61,428 bases of DNA, filler included, from Sphacelaria rigidula (GCA_964200075.2; 6 parts of 6 records of this genome joined end to end with filler, not necessarily neighbours in it), one strand, 5' to 3'; counted from the first letter of the whole stretch, positions 37,801 to 51,401 are shown. The notes: generated by a model not told the origin, from the letters alone. Program-made: numbers and translations.

Positions 37801-39788
37801 TAGCCACAACAGCATCGGGGCATTTTTAACCGAAGTCAGGATCTGTTGGGGTGTGCGCTTTGGGTTGTCCCCTGAAAGTATGGATCTGATTTAGGCCCCT
37901 GAAGACGTGAAGACATGAGTTGCAAAAACAGCTTGTGCGACTGAGTTTGTTTGACGAGAGTTGACGCGGTGCTAGGGTACTGATTCACCGTGCGAGACCA
38001 AAATGTAAGGCACTGATCAAATGTGAGGCATTGATCAGATGTAAGGCATTGGTTGACTGATTGATTGATTGATTATTGTCCCACTTCAACTCCCCCCCAG
38101 GTAGTCATGATCCAGCCGTGGTCACATGATAGACGTACCCAAGACGAAACGGAACTGAAACACTCGCTGAAGAAAAAAAAGGAACAGAAAAAGTCAAGCA
38201 TAACGACATAGTAGACTAAGAGAAGGAGAATCAAAAGTCAACAAAAGCAAAGCACAAAAATATTTGGCCGATTTAAAAGAAAAAAAGAAAGCATGTACCG
38301 GGGAGAGATGAGTTGATTGATCCCTTGAGACAACGGACTCGTCCCGAGAAAGTAGGGCTTGAAAGTGTGACGGGGGGGGGGGGAAAGGCGGACAGCCAAC
38401 GCAAGAACGCTAGCATTGCTCAAGTTGTTTTTAACACCGTCACTGCTCAAGTTGTTTTTCAACGCCATCACTTGCTTAATTTGTTCTCAGCACGGCTTCC
38501 GATCATGTGGACCTCTGCGCGCGTTCAAACAAGCGGGCGCCTTTCTAGATAACGCGAGGTGAAGCCTCAGTACGCTTGTATGCCGAAAGACCCGCTCGCT
38601 TGCTGGAGTATCTGAGGCGATGCGTCCGCGTACCTGTGTCGCTCTCTAATTCTCGAAGGCGGCATGGCGACTCACGGTGTACTCGGGGTTGGTGGGATTG
38701 GCGTTCAAGTCGTGCTATGGAGAGCCCTGGTTCAATGACCCCTTCCTCGTCTGGTAAGCGGCTCAAGACTTGTCATGTGAAGAGGAGCTTCGGGTTCTCG
38801 ATGGTCAAACTGATGCGTCGCGTCGATATCAGTTTCGGCGGATTCCGTGTGCTCAAATCACAACACCGCAGTAGTGTCTTCTTTTTTTTCAATGGTTCCC
38901 TCTCGTCGGAAACGCGATTAGGAAAGCTAGCAAAGATACTCTCGATGGAGACGGATAGGCTGCGGTAGTGCTGACCCAATGCTCGACACTTGACTTCCAG
39001 GCTTTGGCTGACTCGCCCCTGTGGTGTAATGATACAACTATGATAACACCACGAGGTCGGGAAAATACGGTTTTGATTTTCCCGGCTGATACGCTTGGGT
39101 TTTTTCTGATTCCGAAAAGTACTCGTAGCTAGCTGATTTCCGTATTTCCGTCGTGGAAAACGTGAAAAGATGTTCAGCATGACTGAAAATGGTCCATTGG
39201 AAGAGAAGAATCGACGCAGTGCGGGAGTGTTCAGTCATGATCCACTCCGTGATACCAACTTGCAAGGCATATCTCGGGGGTAGAGATGAATGGCTTGATC
39301 CCTCGAGACCACGGACTCGTCCCGAGGAAGGACGAGAAGGGATAGAAAGTGCGCAAAAACAATTATGCAGGTACCACGGGTGAGGTTTGTATAATTCCGT
39401 AACACGACAGACTTGTCTAAACAAAGGACGTAGAGGGAGGGGGGGGGATTAAAAGTTCGGCTAAAGGTGAACAACAGGTGAACAACAGGTGCAGCAAATG
39501 AACGTAACAATGTGCATGCTGGTTGTGCGGAATGCTGGAACAGGAGACTCATTCGTGCGATCCAGTTATCCAACCATGGTACAACTTCGAAGTTGACTCT
39601 CGACTCCGCGCGAGGCATTTGAGGTACTATGTTACGTACCCTTTTGGTTCATCGCGTTGTATGTATCGGAAAACGTGACCCTTGCGTATACAACCAGGAA
39701 AAACTGGCCCGCTGGAGACCACGGAGAGGCTCTTGAGCTGTACTACCACCTCTCCATGGGGATTTACTGGCACTTTATCGCCTATCAG
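31871..39788 (+). CDS. Ceramide synthase (TLC/Lag1 family), partial; exons 34631-34750, 35457-35576, 38659-38753 and 39698-39788, plus a probable TM1 exon at 31871-32003
   Basis: Spliced in phase: ...VLEDLIHTSRAWAQ|EPEIARAVNSTGMSREQVRDYIRAKLEVSLQEKQIGKFKE|AAWRLTVYSGLVGLAFKSCYGEPWFNDPFLVW|KNWPAGDHGEALELYYHLSMGIYWHFIAYQ. The KFxExxWR, PW, WxxWP and YY..YW pattern is that of CerS; all borders AG/GT. The Lag1 motif exon would lie beyond the contig end. Confidence 0.85.
32090..32380. repeat. Dispersed repeat family with (GTTCTGTAA)-type subrepeats; second copy at ~33665-33965
   Basis: Shared cccttgtagaaata(t/c)ccggttgcgggtaaggg and cgacaggttctgtaagttctg blocks. Confidence 0.8.
33250..33480. repeat. 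Dispersed repeat; copies at ~30840-30950 and, inverted, at ~50960-51176
   Basis: gatacg.tatgcgga...gcccaactcg...gatatt/atcgctt.gagagc shared across the three copies on two contigs. Confidence 0.8.
36133..36680. mobile_element. ~550-bp non-autonomous TIR element (TA-flanked, Tc1/mariner-like)
   Basis: Termini TAGAGTAGTGGGCAGTCTAAC / GTTGGACCGTCCACTACTGTA; second copy on contig 3. Confidence 0.7.
36774..37090 (+). mobile_element. tRNA-derived SINE
   Basis: A box GTGGCTCGGGTGGT and B box GGGTTCAAATCTC at Pol III spacing, followed by a ~250-nt non-tRNA body. Confidence 0.7.
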
Positions 39789-41750
39789 GTGAGACCGTCA
39801 AGTTTCCTCTTGTATTCCTGTGCGACGGGTATGTCAATCCTACATGGCAGGGTCTACATAGGGTATAAGTCTGCTTGAATAAGATGTTGCCCCGTGCAAG
39901 GTACTAATGCACGGCGACGCCGGTTTTCCTACGACGAAAATGGGATCATGGGTTTAGGTTTCCTTTTTTCCATGCATTCGGCCCAGCCCTTCTCATCTCA
40001 TAACTTAAGCCCTTCTCAATGAATGACTTTGGGCCTTCTTTTTTCATGAACTTATCCTTTCTCATTTGATGAATTTAGCCCTTCTCATCCCTCTGGACAA
40101 CTTCGCCGTCTCGAGGGGATCACCCGACACACGTGTTCCCCGATATCATCACATGCTTGAAGTTTGGTGTCGCGGATTGGATCATGACCAAACATTCCCG
40201 CACTGCATGGACTACGTTCTGCGATTTTATTTTCTTTGCTTACCTACGCCTTCACGCGTTTTAACCTTGGAAATCATACACTCCTCGGGAAGAACAAATC
40301 TTGTGGGATTTGAATCACCGACTCCGCACTAACCAATTTTTAGTAGGGCAAAGGCCTAGAAAAGGTATACCTTCTTGTTTTTTGCCTAAGAAAGGTACGA
40401 AAGATGGCCAGACACGCGAAAACAGCCAAACACGCCATTTTGACCGTCTTCGCTCCAGATTTTTCACGCACACCGTTCGGGGGGGGCATTGGCACCCGGG
40501 ACTAGGAAAAAAAACGGATAAAAAACACGTTACTCGAGAGATATGGCCACGCAAAAACGAACATTTCGCCTCCAGATACCGCTCACCTTTTGTAGGCCAC
40601 ATTTCGCCGAGGTATACCTGATCAAGGAATTATTTTTCAATCGTACCTTGTCTGGGCCACCGATCGGCCGAGAACGTACCTCTGCTAGGTCATCGCTCTC
40701 TACACTGTGCCAGGGAGTCTACGCGCCGACTCCAACCATGGCGCCCACACATTTGGCTCTTTTCCCGCTCATTTGCCGTTCACGTTCGCCACAACGACCG
40801 CGCCCCTTTCTCCCCGGCAATGGCTCCCGAGTCTCTCCGCATCGACGAAATGACTGGACTCATAACTCACAACGCGTCGGTCTTTTGTGATACCGGGGTT
40901 TGTGAAACACCGTACTGTTCCNNNNNNNNNNNNNNNNNNNNNNNNNNNNNNNNNNNNNNNNNNNNTTAATTAATTAANNNNNNNNNNNNNNNNNNNNNNN
41001 NNNNNNNNNNNNNNNNNNNNNAGAAATATGCTGCTGCTGCTGCTGCTTCTCGTGCGGGAGGCGGTCCGCGTTTCGACGTGCGACAATACCCATGCACCTG
41101 TCGCGTTCTTGCCCCCCCCTATTCGAGATTGACTCTGATATGTTTCCGTGTTATTACCCCCATAGCATTTTCAGGGTACAGATCACTTGTTTTTCCCTGT
41201 ACTGGACGCTGACTTTATTCCCATCACCAGCAGTAGCCACGCGTGCGAGAGACACCCCACGTGCACAGCTCGCACAGAGAGATGCCCAAAACTCTATCTC
41301 CCAGCACTCAGCCTAGTGGGGAAGCATAGACTCATCAGCGGGTAGTACGGACTAGCGCCTTCCAGCATGGTGGATATCACGCGCAGCGTGCGTGGGCGTT
41401 GTAGCAGTATCGAAACGCGGACCGTCTCTCTCATGAGGAAAAACGGCAGCAGCAGCAGCAGTATTGACACCGGCTGATTCAGACTCACCCCAGCCGCGTA
41501 CGTCTACTGGCAGGAACGATGGTGCTGATACTGCTGCTATTGCTCCTTCTCCTTGTTGGGTGTCGATGCAAGGCACATGAGACGTGCCAATCACAGCACA
41601 TTTCTAGTTTATTGAACACTGTCTGTACAATGGATACATGCTAATCACGCTGGCTAAACCCTCAGTGCATCGCGGAGCAATGCGGGTAAAACGTACTAGC
41701 GGCAATCGCCTGTTGGCGTTCTTGTCTGCAACGCCACCGCTATCAATCGC

Positions 41751-42334
41751 AAGCACATGATCACGCGCTTCCATGCCTCCAGCCAACATAGCTCATGTCC
41801 AAGTTGCCTAAGTCGCGTTTTTGACAAAAGCTATATCCAAGTCCAGCTCGGTGCAGGTAGGTGTATTTTTTGGCTCTGTGTGTAGCAGGCGCGTTTCTCC
41901 TGCGCTACCAGGCCGTTTGCACCCCACGATGGCTTGAACGGTGGCTACGGAATGTGTAAGTGTATTGCAGCTGCTGTGGTGTCGATGAAAGGCACATGGG
42001 ACGAGCGCGGACAGGTATTCCGATCGCTAGTGGTGGACATGAGCTATGTCCAACTTGCGACTCGGACATAGCTCATGATCACCTCCAGTCGGTTGGCTGT
42101 ATTTTTTGGTACTGTGCAGCAGCACATGATTACGTGTTCCCATGCCTCCAGCCGACATAGCTTATGTCCAAGTTGTCCAAGGGGCGTTTATGACAAAAGC
42201 TATGTCCGAGTCCAGTCCAGTGCGGATACATGTACTTTTTGGCCCCGTGTGTAGCAGGCGCGTTTCTCCTGCGCTACCAGGCCGTTAGCTCTCCACGATG
42301 GCTTGAACGGTGGCTACGGAATGTGTGAGTGTAT
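41751..42334. repeat. Direct duplication of ~215 bp (41751-41965 and 42121-42334)
   Basis: agcacatgat...gtgtgtagcaggcgcgtttctcctgcgctaccaggccgtt...ggctacggaatgtgt occurs twice, ~370 nt apart. Confidence 0.9.
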
Positions 42335-42477
42335 CGGTATCACTTGAGTCTCACCCTAGCTTACTAAATGAGGACGGCGCATGATTTCTCATCATGCTCC
42401 TTTCCCATCGTAATCAAGGAAAAGAAAAGAAAAGAATTGGAAGCGCGACGCAAAGCAGAGCAATCGGGGATCCTGCG

Positions 42478-44830
42478 TAGGCCCTGACCTCTAAGGCATG
42501 CCCTATTTTTTGCCTTAGAGCCCTTTTTATAGAAAGGGGTTGCCTGAGAGGGGGTATGGTGCCTGAGATGCCTTGTTTGAGCGAGGCGAACACATATACT
42601 ACAAGAAAGAATGGAAGTAAGGCACACGAATGACGACGCCAACTCCAATTACAGGTGGCGACAGCACTTGAGAAATAACCAGATGAGAAATCGAGGCTCA
42701 AATTTTTCAGATTTTAAAGGAATTGATGCTAAGAAAATTTTCTCAGATCGGAGCAAAAATAAGAATAAGAAATTGAAAGATGCAAGAGGCTCGGCGGATA
42801 AGAAATCCGTCATCGACACTGCAACCTTGGGAAATAAGAAACTGCTCCTATAATAGATCCATCAGCCCGTCGACGCGAGGATGCCCAACCCCTCTCGACA
42901 CCCCTCCCCCCCTAGAGAATACGGTACAGTAGTCTGTATGTATTCTTGTACTGTACAGTGCAATACAGTACTGTACTACAGTACAGAAATGGTACAATAA
43001 ATATTACACTTCAACGTACATGATCGGAAGATGACTGACTACTGTCGGCGCACAAGAATTTACTCGCTGGTTGAGCGATTAGTTGGACAATGCGTCTGCT
43101 GGTACGCTACGACCGGGAGCGGGATGGAAGAGGGGAAGAAAATGAAGGACGAGGGGGCGGAAAAGTGAAGGAAAGACAGGGGGATGAAGAGGGTGAGAGC
43201 AGCGATGAGGACGACGAGAGCAGTGGTGAAGATGAGAGCAGCGATGAGGAAGAAATGAGTGATTCCGGTCACTTTATGTATCATTTTTCGTAAAATTGTA
43301 AAAAAATGAGCCTGCGATGATGCAGTAAGTTTTGCAACATTTTCGTCACTTATGCTTCAGAGTCTGCGGCGTTTACTTCTGTATACTGTGGTCGTTGTAC
43401 CTCTTTTTAGGTGTTTTTCATCTTTACCTGGTACGCCTCTTCATGTCGCTTGATTCTGTTATGTGTCCTGGTGCAAAGTAGATGTCTCTCACAAAGATGA
43501 ACAAACGTTGCTGGACGATGATGACGACGTGGTGGAGGAAGACGGTGTCATCGACTTGGTGATTCCCGATGGATTTCACCTGCAAGCTTTAAGACCGGCT
43601 GTACTAGATAGTTTTTTGGTGAAGCGTCGGGTCGTACTGAGACTGAGCATGGGGTGTTTTGGTGCGTACATCACGCGTAGGTCCCGGGAGCGGACTAGTC
43701 ATGTATACGACTACCGTGTGCAGCTAGAGAAAGACCAAAGTACACGGAGCGTGAGGCTCCCGTTAGGCAGATACACCACAGACCCCCGCGCGGCGTTGGG
43801 TGCTTGGGCTTTTCTAGAGGGGAACCAGGAAAGGCAGGCCGAGTGTACACCTGAAAATGGAGGGAAGAACCGTCACTCTGCAGATTCAGGAGCAGGAGTA
43901 GGAAGAACGGCAGTGCGTACTAGTAACTCCGGGAGGAAGAACATTGAGGCCGAACGTGCGCAACGTAGAGTATCAAGCTTGATTGGCTGCAGTGGCTGCA
44001 GTACTGTACAGAGTAGAAACGTACCGTATTGTTGTCCGTGGATGTACAGCATACGTGCCAGTATACCGTATAGACTATAAAGTGAATACAATGGGATGTG
44101 ACTGCATTGTTTGTTCGTTGTTATTTCCTCTCCGATTTACCGGTGTGTACTATATCATACATGTATGGTACAGTTTGATACTTGTGTTGGGATTCGCTCC
44201 AATATAATTGTCCTTATTTACATTCACTGCACAGCAGAACTGTGCACCACGACTGCACTGCTTAATCACTTTTGTTTGCTGTATACTGCAAGGCCCCCTG
44301 CTGATAATCTGTCCAAGCAACACTGCATAACCCCCCTAAATGTGTCTTCCTTCATTGTACTGTAGCACTACATCCGTTCGCAAAGAGAGATATTACTTTT
44401 CAAGCATTCCATCATTTTGTACGCGCCCGGCAAAAATAAGAATTTGGTCTCATGAAAGAAATTCATCATTGCACGTGTGCGGAAAGTAAGAAATTGGCTT
44501 CAAGAAATTATGCTTGGCTCGGCGATAAGAATAAGATGTGAGCCTCGCCTCAGATAAGAGTTTCTTAACCCTTAGACCGCGAGATGAGTCTTTCTGGATC
44601 ATGCATACTTTTTTTCACTCGAAATTGATGCCGATTCAACAGAAAACTTCCCTCGCGGTCTAAGGGTTAAGTAGTGATGCCACCTGTAGTTGGGATACCG
44701 GGGAGATTGTCTAGGGCAAACCTAAGGCAAATCAAATCCAGAAACTAAGGCATCTCAGGCATGGATTTGACTCATCAGGCATGCCTTAGTTGTTGCCTGA
44801 CCCCCAACTTTTTCGCCAGGCGGGGGCCTG
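42478..44830 (+). mobile_element. Probable internally deleted DNA transposon (hAT-like termini) carrying coding remnants at 43090-43266 and ~43480-43980
   Basis: Ends TAGGCCCTG / GGGGGCCTG with inverted subterminal motifs TAAGGCATGCC and TGCCTGAGATGCCTT; acidic ORF then DLVIPDGF...LDSFLVKRRVVL...YDYRV...GAWAFLE; no TSD seen. Confidence 0.5.
44569..44666. mobile_element. 98-bp piggyBac-like MITE, intact
   Basis: Perfect 15-bp TIR CCCTTAGACCGCGAG with TTAA target duplication on both sides. Confidence 0.92.
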
Positions 44831-46053
44831 CGGCGAGCCCTCATCCATTTGCCGTATCGGTTAAGGCCTAGTTCTGCGACTACACGGCGCCCAGGTTCTG
44901 CATCTTCGGTATTTTTGCTCCATTGTACCAATCCAGATCGTATTCGTGAACAGATGCAAATAACACATAACTATTTGCTCTGAAATTCCATCCAATCATC
45001 GCACTAGAGCTGAAGATATGCGTTTTCTTGTCCGTACGGTCAGTGACGCCCCCCTGATAAGCCCCTTACTCGTTTTTCCCAGTCAACACCAACCTTGGGA
45101 TTATGTAATTAGCATGTCACGAGTATCTATCGACTCTAGCACTTTCGAGTGCTACGGAAGAACTGCATGCGAGAAAAATTCAAAAATACAGTACTCCATT
45201 CCAAAATCCACCCCATTTCCATGACTCCCATATGATTGGAACCGTGATCGCTGTGGGCGGTACGCACTGCAACTGGAAGGACTGTTGTAACGATAGTATA
45301 ATAGTACTCGTAATGTTGTAGTGCTGTGCTGCACTGCAATCTGAAATATCTTGCCACTTTTCGCGCTGGCTATCTAAATGGTGCATAGTGCATCGGACGA
45401 TCAATACTGCTATAGTCAGTACCATCATCAGGTTATGTCTATCCCAGATGGGCCTAGATATATCAGACAGCTTGGGATAGACAGTCGCTGAATTTTAGAG
45501 GTGTCTTCATCATTGTTCTGGCCGCGCGAGTGGGATAACGGCAAAAGGAACTATGGTGCTGGTTATTACTACTTTCATTTCGTATCAAGAGCTGCGGGCT
45601 ATTCCCCCAAGGTCAGGCAGGAAGACACTATATGTGTGACTCACCGCTCGGAAGTTTACACGCTCGTCATCTTCTATGTTATGGTGTACTTCATGACTCA
45701 TCCTGACGCAGCTACTACTCCCTTCAATGTTTTTGACCCGAAGTAGTGTCACCTTCAGTCAGCGCTACCGGTCAAAGTAAATTTGAAAATCGGAACATTC
45801 TTTATGAATGTGTTTTGATTGAGAAATGACGAATGGGAGCGAACCGATCAATTGCATGATGACAAAGATATATTCATTGATAAATGACGAACGCAAGGTA
45901 TCCAATCAGACCGTCCGATACCTGGCTGCCTGCGTTGTTTAAGGTGTCAAGTCATCGTAAATTACACGTGTTTTTCAGTGATTACTCATCAGCACTTAGG
46001 GCACGCGGGGACAACCGAGCCCCAACAGGCACACATTCATCTTTCACAGCAAC

Positions 46054-49000
46054 ATGAAGGGATCAGCCAAGGCAGTCGCAGTCCTGGTCGTGGCGGTTTC
46101 AGCAAAAGTCACAGCTTTTTTTGTGTCTCCGGTTGCTAAACCGGGGGGTGTCAAGACCCTGGCTTCCACCGCGACGATGACGGTCTCTGTAGACAAGCCA
46201 TTCTCACCGCGACGGCTTGCCAAAATGAAAGCCCGTGAGGAACGAGCTGCTCGGGCACGAGACGCTCAGGCTGTGGACACCACCAATGCCCCGGTTACGG
46301 TGAGTCTAGTTTCTGTTTCCATGTGTTGATTGTGCAGAGCGACGGTGGGGTTCTGCGGGACGAAGAAGCGTTTTTCATCGTTGATTACGAAGTACAGTTA
46401 CAGCAGTCCAGTACCACACCAATTCCCTCCTGTTGTGTGTGCACCAGTGCTGTATTTTGTGTTTTGTCTCGGGGCGCCAAGTTGCACCTTGATCAAAGCC
46501 TGAGCTTGTATCTTTGCCTTGGGCGAAATGCCCCGCGAGGACCTCACCTAAACCTGGCGCGAGCAGGCCGTCTGGTGCCGGGCTTGTTGGATGTGCCCTC
46601 CATGAAAGTTTACATGATTGACAGAAGTGCGGGACCTTGCCAGCTGGGTCACTCAGTCCGTACCGTTGACCTTTCTCCACCCTGCACGAATTTTAGTAGA
46701 TGAGATACCAGCACCACGAAGTTGACGTGAAGTGCGACTAACAATTTCACCAACGTCGAGCGTCTGTTCGGCCCTCTTGCTACAGCACGAAGCGCGATAT
46801 CGGGTGGTGTATGTTGTCGTATAAGGGATAATCGATAGAGAGGGGATGTTGGTCTCCACGTGACCGCGACGGAGCATCTGGCACTAGACCGTCGGTCTCT
46901 GGTCTGTTGTCACGACGGATTCGGATATTCGGGTCGGCATCACGCAGTAGTCTTGCACTATCAGTAGCTGTCGAACCAACATTCTACTCGCTCTCAAAAA
47001 TCCTTCTTGGTTCTCCTTGTTGATGTGTATATCCTCTTCTTCTTGCGGATACCACATAGGCCCTCGGCTCCCATGAGGAATACATGCATGCGCTCTCACA
47101 GAACGAGGAAAGCCTGATGGTTGTGAAGTTCTACGCCCCGTGGTGCAGATCTTGCAAGGCGATGGACCTCAAGTATAGGCGGCTGGCTCTCGAGAACAAG
47201 GACGTCAAGTTTTACGAGGTGCTAACAGCGATGAGCCCTGTTTTGAGTTGTGGCTGTCATCGAGCGGATAAAATCTGCGAGTATTGTACCTCAAGAAATT
47301 GCCTCTCATTCACATCTACCCTTGAGTAAAGTCTACCCGTGCCCCGGATGTTGTCATCCAAATCGTACGTGCTGCGGTTTCGGGGGAGCAACCAAGAGTT
47401 CGCAAAATTGGCACTCTAAGTTAGTGCTTTCGGGTAGATGAAACGGCTTGGTTCTCCGTTGGTTAGTACGTACGCCCGTGCTCCGTCGAGTTGAAATCGT
47501 CTATCGTACGCACGTACCATCGTTTCATGTTGGTAGACATCGGCCCGATGCAGCAAGTACAACTGCAAGGTGGTCGGTCCAGAATCCGACTGGCATTTTC
47601 ACGTTGATCGAATAGATTCGAGCTTTTATTCGCACTGACGGTACAGGATCGTACGCAAAACAAGTCTATCTGGAAAGTTGAAGAAGCTGCGGGTAGGAGC
47701 GTTGTGTTGCCCTGTCGACTAAATGACATCGAAAATGCTCCGCTGTCTCATCAAATAGGAAGTCGCCTCGTCTTCTCACGATACATGTACTGCTATTGTG
47801 AACTTCCGTGGGCAGGTTGATGTCGCTGCAGCAGCCCCCCTCAAGGAGGCGTTGGGCGTCACATCTGTGCCGACGGTAAAAATGTACGCGGGTGCAGTCG
47901 GACAAGTTGCGAGCTTCACGTGCGGACCGCGTAAGGTGAGACTGAACCCAACGTGAACATGTAAAAGTCTTCGTCTTCCATGCCGACAAGCCAGCGCCCA
48001 CCAGTGAGTGCACTTGATCGCTCTGTAGCCACTTCGTACCATTTACGTGCGCATGTATTTTACCCCATGCTGCACATATACATCGCTGCACATGGTTGTA
48101 TCCGTGCGCACACGCACGGTGCCATGCAAGTACAGTACAGTGACAAGAGTACCTCAATGCGCCGGTTTGCCGTCGTGATTTTGTGATCCATGCCTTTAAA
48201 AGCATGCACGATGAGCAACAATGTATAAGCTCTCTAATGGCATCCCCATATAACCTGTACGACCTGAGTCCTTGAAACACTGTATTTAGTACCACCGCTG
48301 TATACGGGAGGGGCTGTTGTAACGGCGGTTTCGAGTGCAAAGACATCTGCTTGTCGTGTTGCAATAGTGCGGTACCTGTAGTTCATTCAGTAACCGCGAT
48401 GTTGGAAGCTAGAAGTATTTTGCCCAGCCAATGAAGGACATCCCCGTAGTTGTGATTCGAATACTAGTATTTTCTCACATGAGCGCAATCTGTTTTTTGT
48501 GTTGCATCAGCCATTACAGGAAGTTCTCGACAACAGCTCGGACGTACTCGTTCAGGTTACTCATATTTCTAGCATTTCTAGTAAAAATACAAAGTCGGGA
48601 TCTAGACCTCATCCGCGTTTGTCGATGCTGATGGGCCTAGGTACCGAATCGTCTACCTTGCTCCCAGTAGGTGCTACTCTGCGCCACACGTCGATTCGGT
48701 AAGGGCTACTGTATGTCTTTGAATAATACTAATAACTGTTGATGATTCGGAATGGGAATCGCTTTATGATGGTTGATCACGAGTTCTGCTCTCTCCTCGA
48801 TGGTCCTGTCCTTCACATCACAAACAGGTATCGGAGCTCGAGCGGAAGATGAACCTCTGCAAAGACGTCCCCGGTCTGCTTGCGCGAGTGTCGAAAGGAA
48901 CGGGAATGATGGAGATGGTGGCCGAAATGGACAACAATGATACGGTGAGACAGCTTTTGAAACTTTGATGAATTGAGTGATGACAGCTTGATGTCCTTCG

Positions 49001-49711
49001 TTCTGCGCCGCACATTATTTCAGCGGGTGGGGTACTGATGACGGCGACCGTTCATGTTCAAACTTTGACGAACTGAGTGATGACAGATAACAGCTTGATT
49101 TCCTTCGTTGTGCCCCGCACATTATTCCAGCGGGTGCGGCACTGATGAAGGCGACCGTTCATGGGAAGAGTTGAAGAGAAAACGGGGTAGCTTGTACGTG
49201 GATGCATCGAAGCACAATGTGTACATCTGTCGTGCCATATGGTACGATGAACCGTAGAACCAACACCCAGTAAGGTGCTGAGTTGATATGTGGCTCTCCT
49301 CCCCTCACCTCTGTGTTCTTGAAAACCTCTGAATCGCCTCTATGTTGTAGATATGGGCAATTATCTCTGGTGTCCAGTACGATTTCAAAACTTGTACTTT
49401 ACCCATGTTTTGGACACTGGGATGTCGTACGTACTGACGTTGACCTGAGCTCTTTCCTACTTCACCTTTCCTCGGTCTGTCTTCTCCGATTCCCCCTTAT
49501 ATTTCAGATTCTCATGTCGAGCTCTTCTGTATCAGATGTGGATAAGATGGCAACATCAACAGCTGTGCCTGTGTCTGCGCCCGACCGCTCGCCGGAAAGT
49601 GTGGGACTAATTAGCGGATTGATGGAGAAGCTGGCACGGCAAGAACAACTTGCCAGGGCTTTAGCAGAGGCCCAGATGAGCGAGTTGCCGCTTTGTGCTG
49701 CAGCAGTATAG
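46054..49711 (+). CDS. Plastid-targeted atypical thioredoxin (WCRSC), complete, 281 aa; exons 46054-46299, 47060-47218, 47816-47935, 48828-48944 and 49508-49711
   Basis: Signal peptide with VTA-FF cleavage motif and basic transit peptide; LMVVKFYAPWCRSCKAM...VKFYE|VDV...LGVTSVPTVKMY...FTCGPRK; all four introns are GT-AG, phase 0; TAG stop at 49709. Confidence 0.92.
48960..49163. repeat. ~100-bp tandem duplication in thioredoxin intron 4
   Basis: aactttga.gaa.tgagtgatgacag...ggcgaccgttcatg occurs twice. Confidence 0.9.
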
Positions 49712-51321
49712 AGCCCACCCCCAGGTCAACATTCTTTTCGAGGGCGTGTCCTTTGGACCGCCCTCAAACATTTGGCTTCTTGTGTTGCGTGAGTTGTGCC
49801 GTGTGTTGGAGTTGGTTGTAAGTAGTGCTTAGTGAGACTGTTGGCGTGTACCGTGGTGTTGACGTTATGTCGATTGTGGTGTTGATGGGCTAGGTTTGTT
49901 TCGCCTGAGGTGATGGTACCAGTTCTCGTGGTGCAACGAAAGGATGGCATCGTCCCGCCGTCTGTGGTGTAAAGCTACAGTTTGCTATGTGGCGGTCTTC
50001 TCTCCGAGAACCCGCCTAACCTCGGGAAAATATCGCGTTTGCGCCGAGCATAGAACAGGAGCACAAGTGTGTCCTATTTAGTTTCGTGCGTCTTGTCGTT
50101 CATTTGGGATGTAATCTTGATATGCCTGCTGATTGCAGATGCAGAAGGCGACCGATGCTTGTTATTTTACATTTTGTACTGCGCATCGGTCGCGTCTCCT
50201 TCTATAGATGGAGCTGTGTATAAAGTTCTTGAACGCTGTTTTTTGGAAAAGCAGGAAGTGGGGATCAGGACGGTGATCTGACATTGTTACTTGTTGTATG
50301 GGACACTCTCCAAGATATCCAGTCAGGGATAAATTATCTCGAATTGATATTTTCAACTTGTCCCTGCTGACGAGGATTGGCTTCGGAGCTAGCGAATCGA
50401 GATACTATTGTGTAGACTGTAAGCCTTGGCATTATTGACGTGTCGTGCAGTTTTGCCCTCCGTGGCCCGGTAGAACGTGAGTAACCGAAATTTTGTTTGA
50501 CGAGGGTGAACGCGGTGCGGAGTGTCCACAGTGTCCGTGTCACCAAAATGCAAAACGTGTGTACTGATGTACTGGAGAGAGTCTGGATTAATCGCTCGAG
50601 GTCGCGGGCTAAATTTGATCATATGGGTGGAGGGGGGGAGAGAGTGCGACGAGATGACGGGGAAAAACAGAAGCAAGGGTGTAAGCGGTGGCGTACTGCC
50701 CCGAAGTAAATGATGAAAGGATGAACACAAATTGCCGAGGAAGTCGTGATGCTGACGATTGAGTCGGAGCTAACCTCCCCCGTAACAGGGAACGATACTA
50801 TCCGTAGCTACCGCAGTTGGCAAATTGCACCCCATTTGTTGAGGGTACGTGAGTGTCCACAATAATTCCAACCATCGATGGAAGAAGCAAAAGCGCATTT
50901 TCAGAACAGAGCTGCAAATTGCGGATCGAGGCACCTGGTTCCGTTTACTGCTGTACTACGATACGAGCTGGGCCGGCCTAAAAACGGATTTAAGCTCCAA
51001 AAGCAATATCTCGTCGACACGGACGAGTTGGGCCGTGATCCGCACATCGTATTAATCGTCTAACCAAGGGGAATGTGCCCATCTGCTCAAGAGTTTAGGC
51101 CCGCATTTTCTCGTTGATTAAACCCGATGTCTAGTAATTCCTATACATGACGGAGGTGGCTTCCATACTAAAATCTNNNNNNNNNNNNNNNNNNNNNNNN
51201 NNNNNNNNNNNNNNNNNNNNTTAATTAATTAANNNNNNNNNNNNNNNNNNNNNNNNNNNNNNNNNNNNNNNNNNNNGATTTTCGCTCTTTATATCTCTCA
51301 GTTTTTCTTTATTCAACCCCA

Positions 51322-51352
<31 letters not shown>

Positions 51353-51401
51353 ACACAAAGAAAACAAAACAAAACAGACCAAACTGTAACGAAGAAAATA
51401 G

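Noticed and set aside
49030-49165. CTGATGA motifs as hammerhead ribozyme cores
   Set aside because: No stem II followed by GAAA and no closing stems
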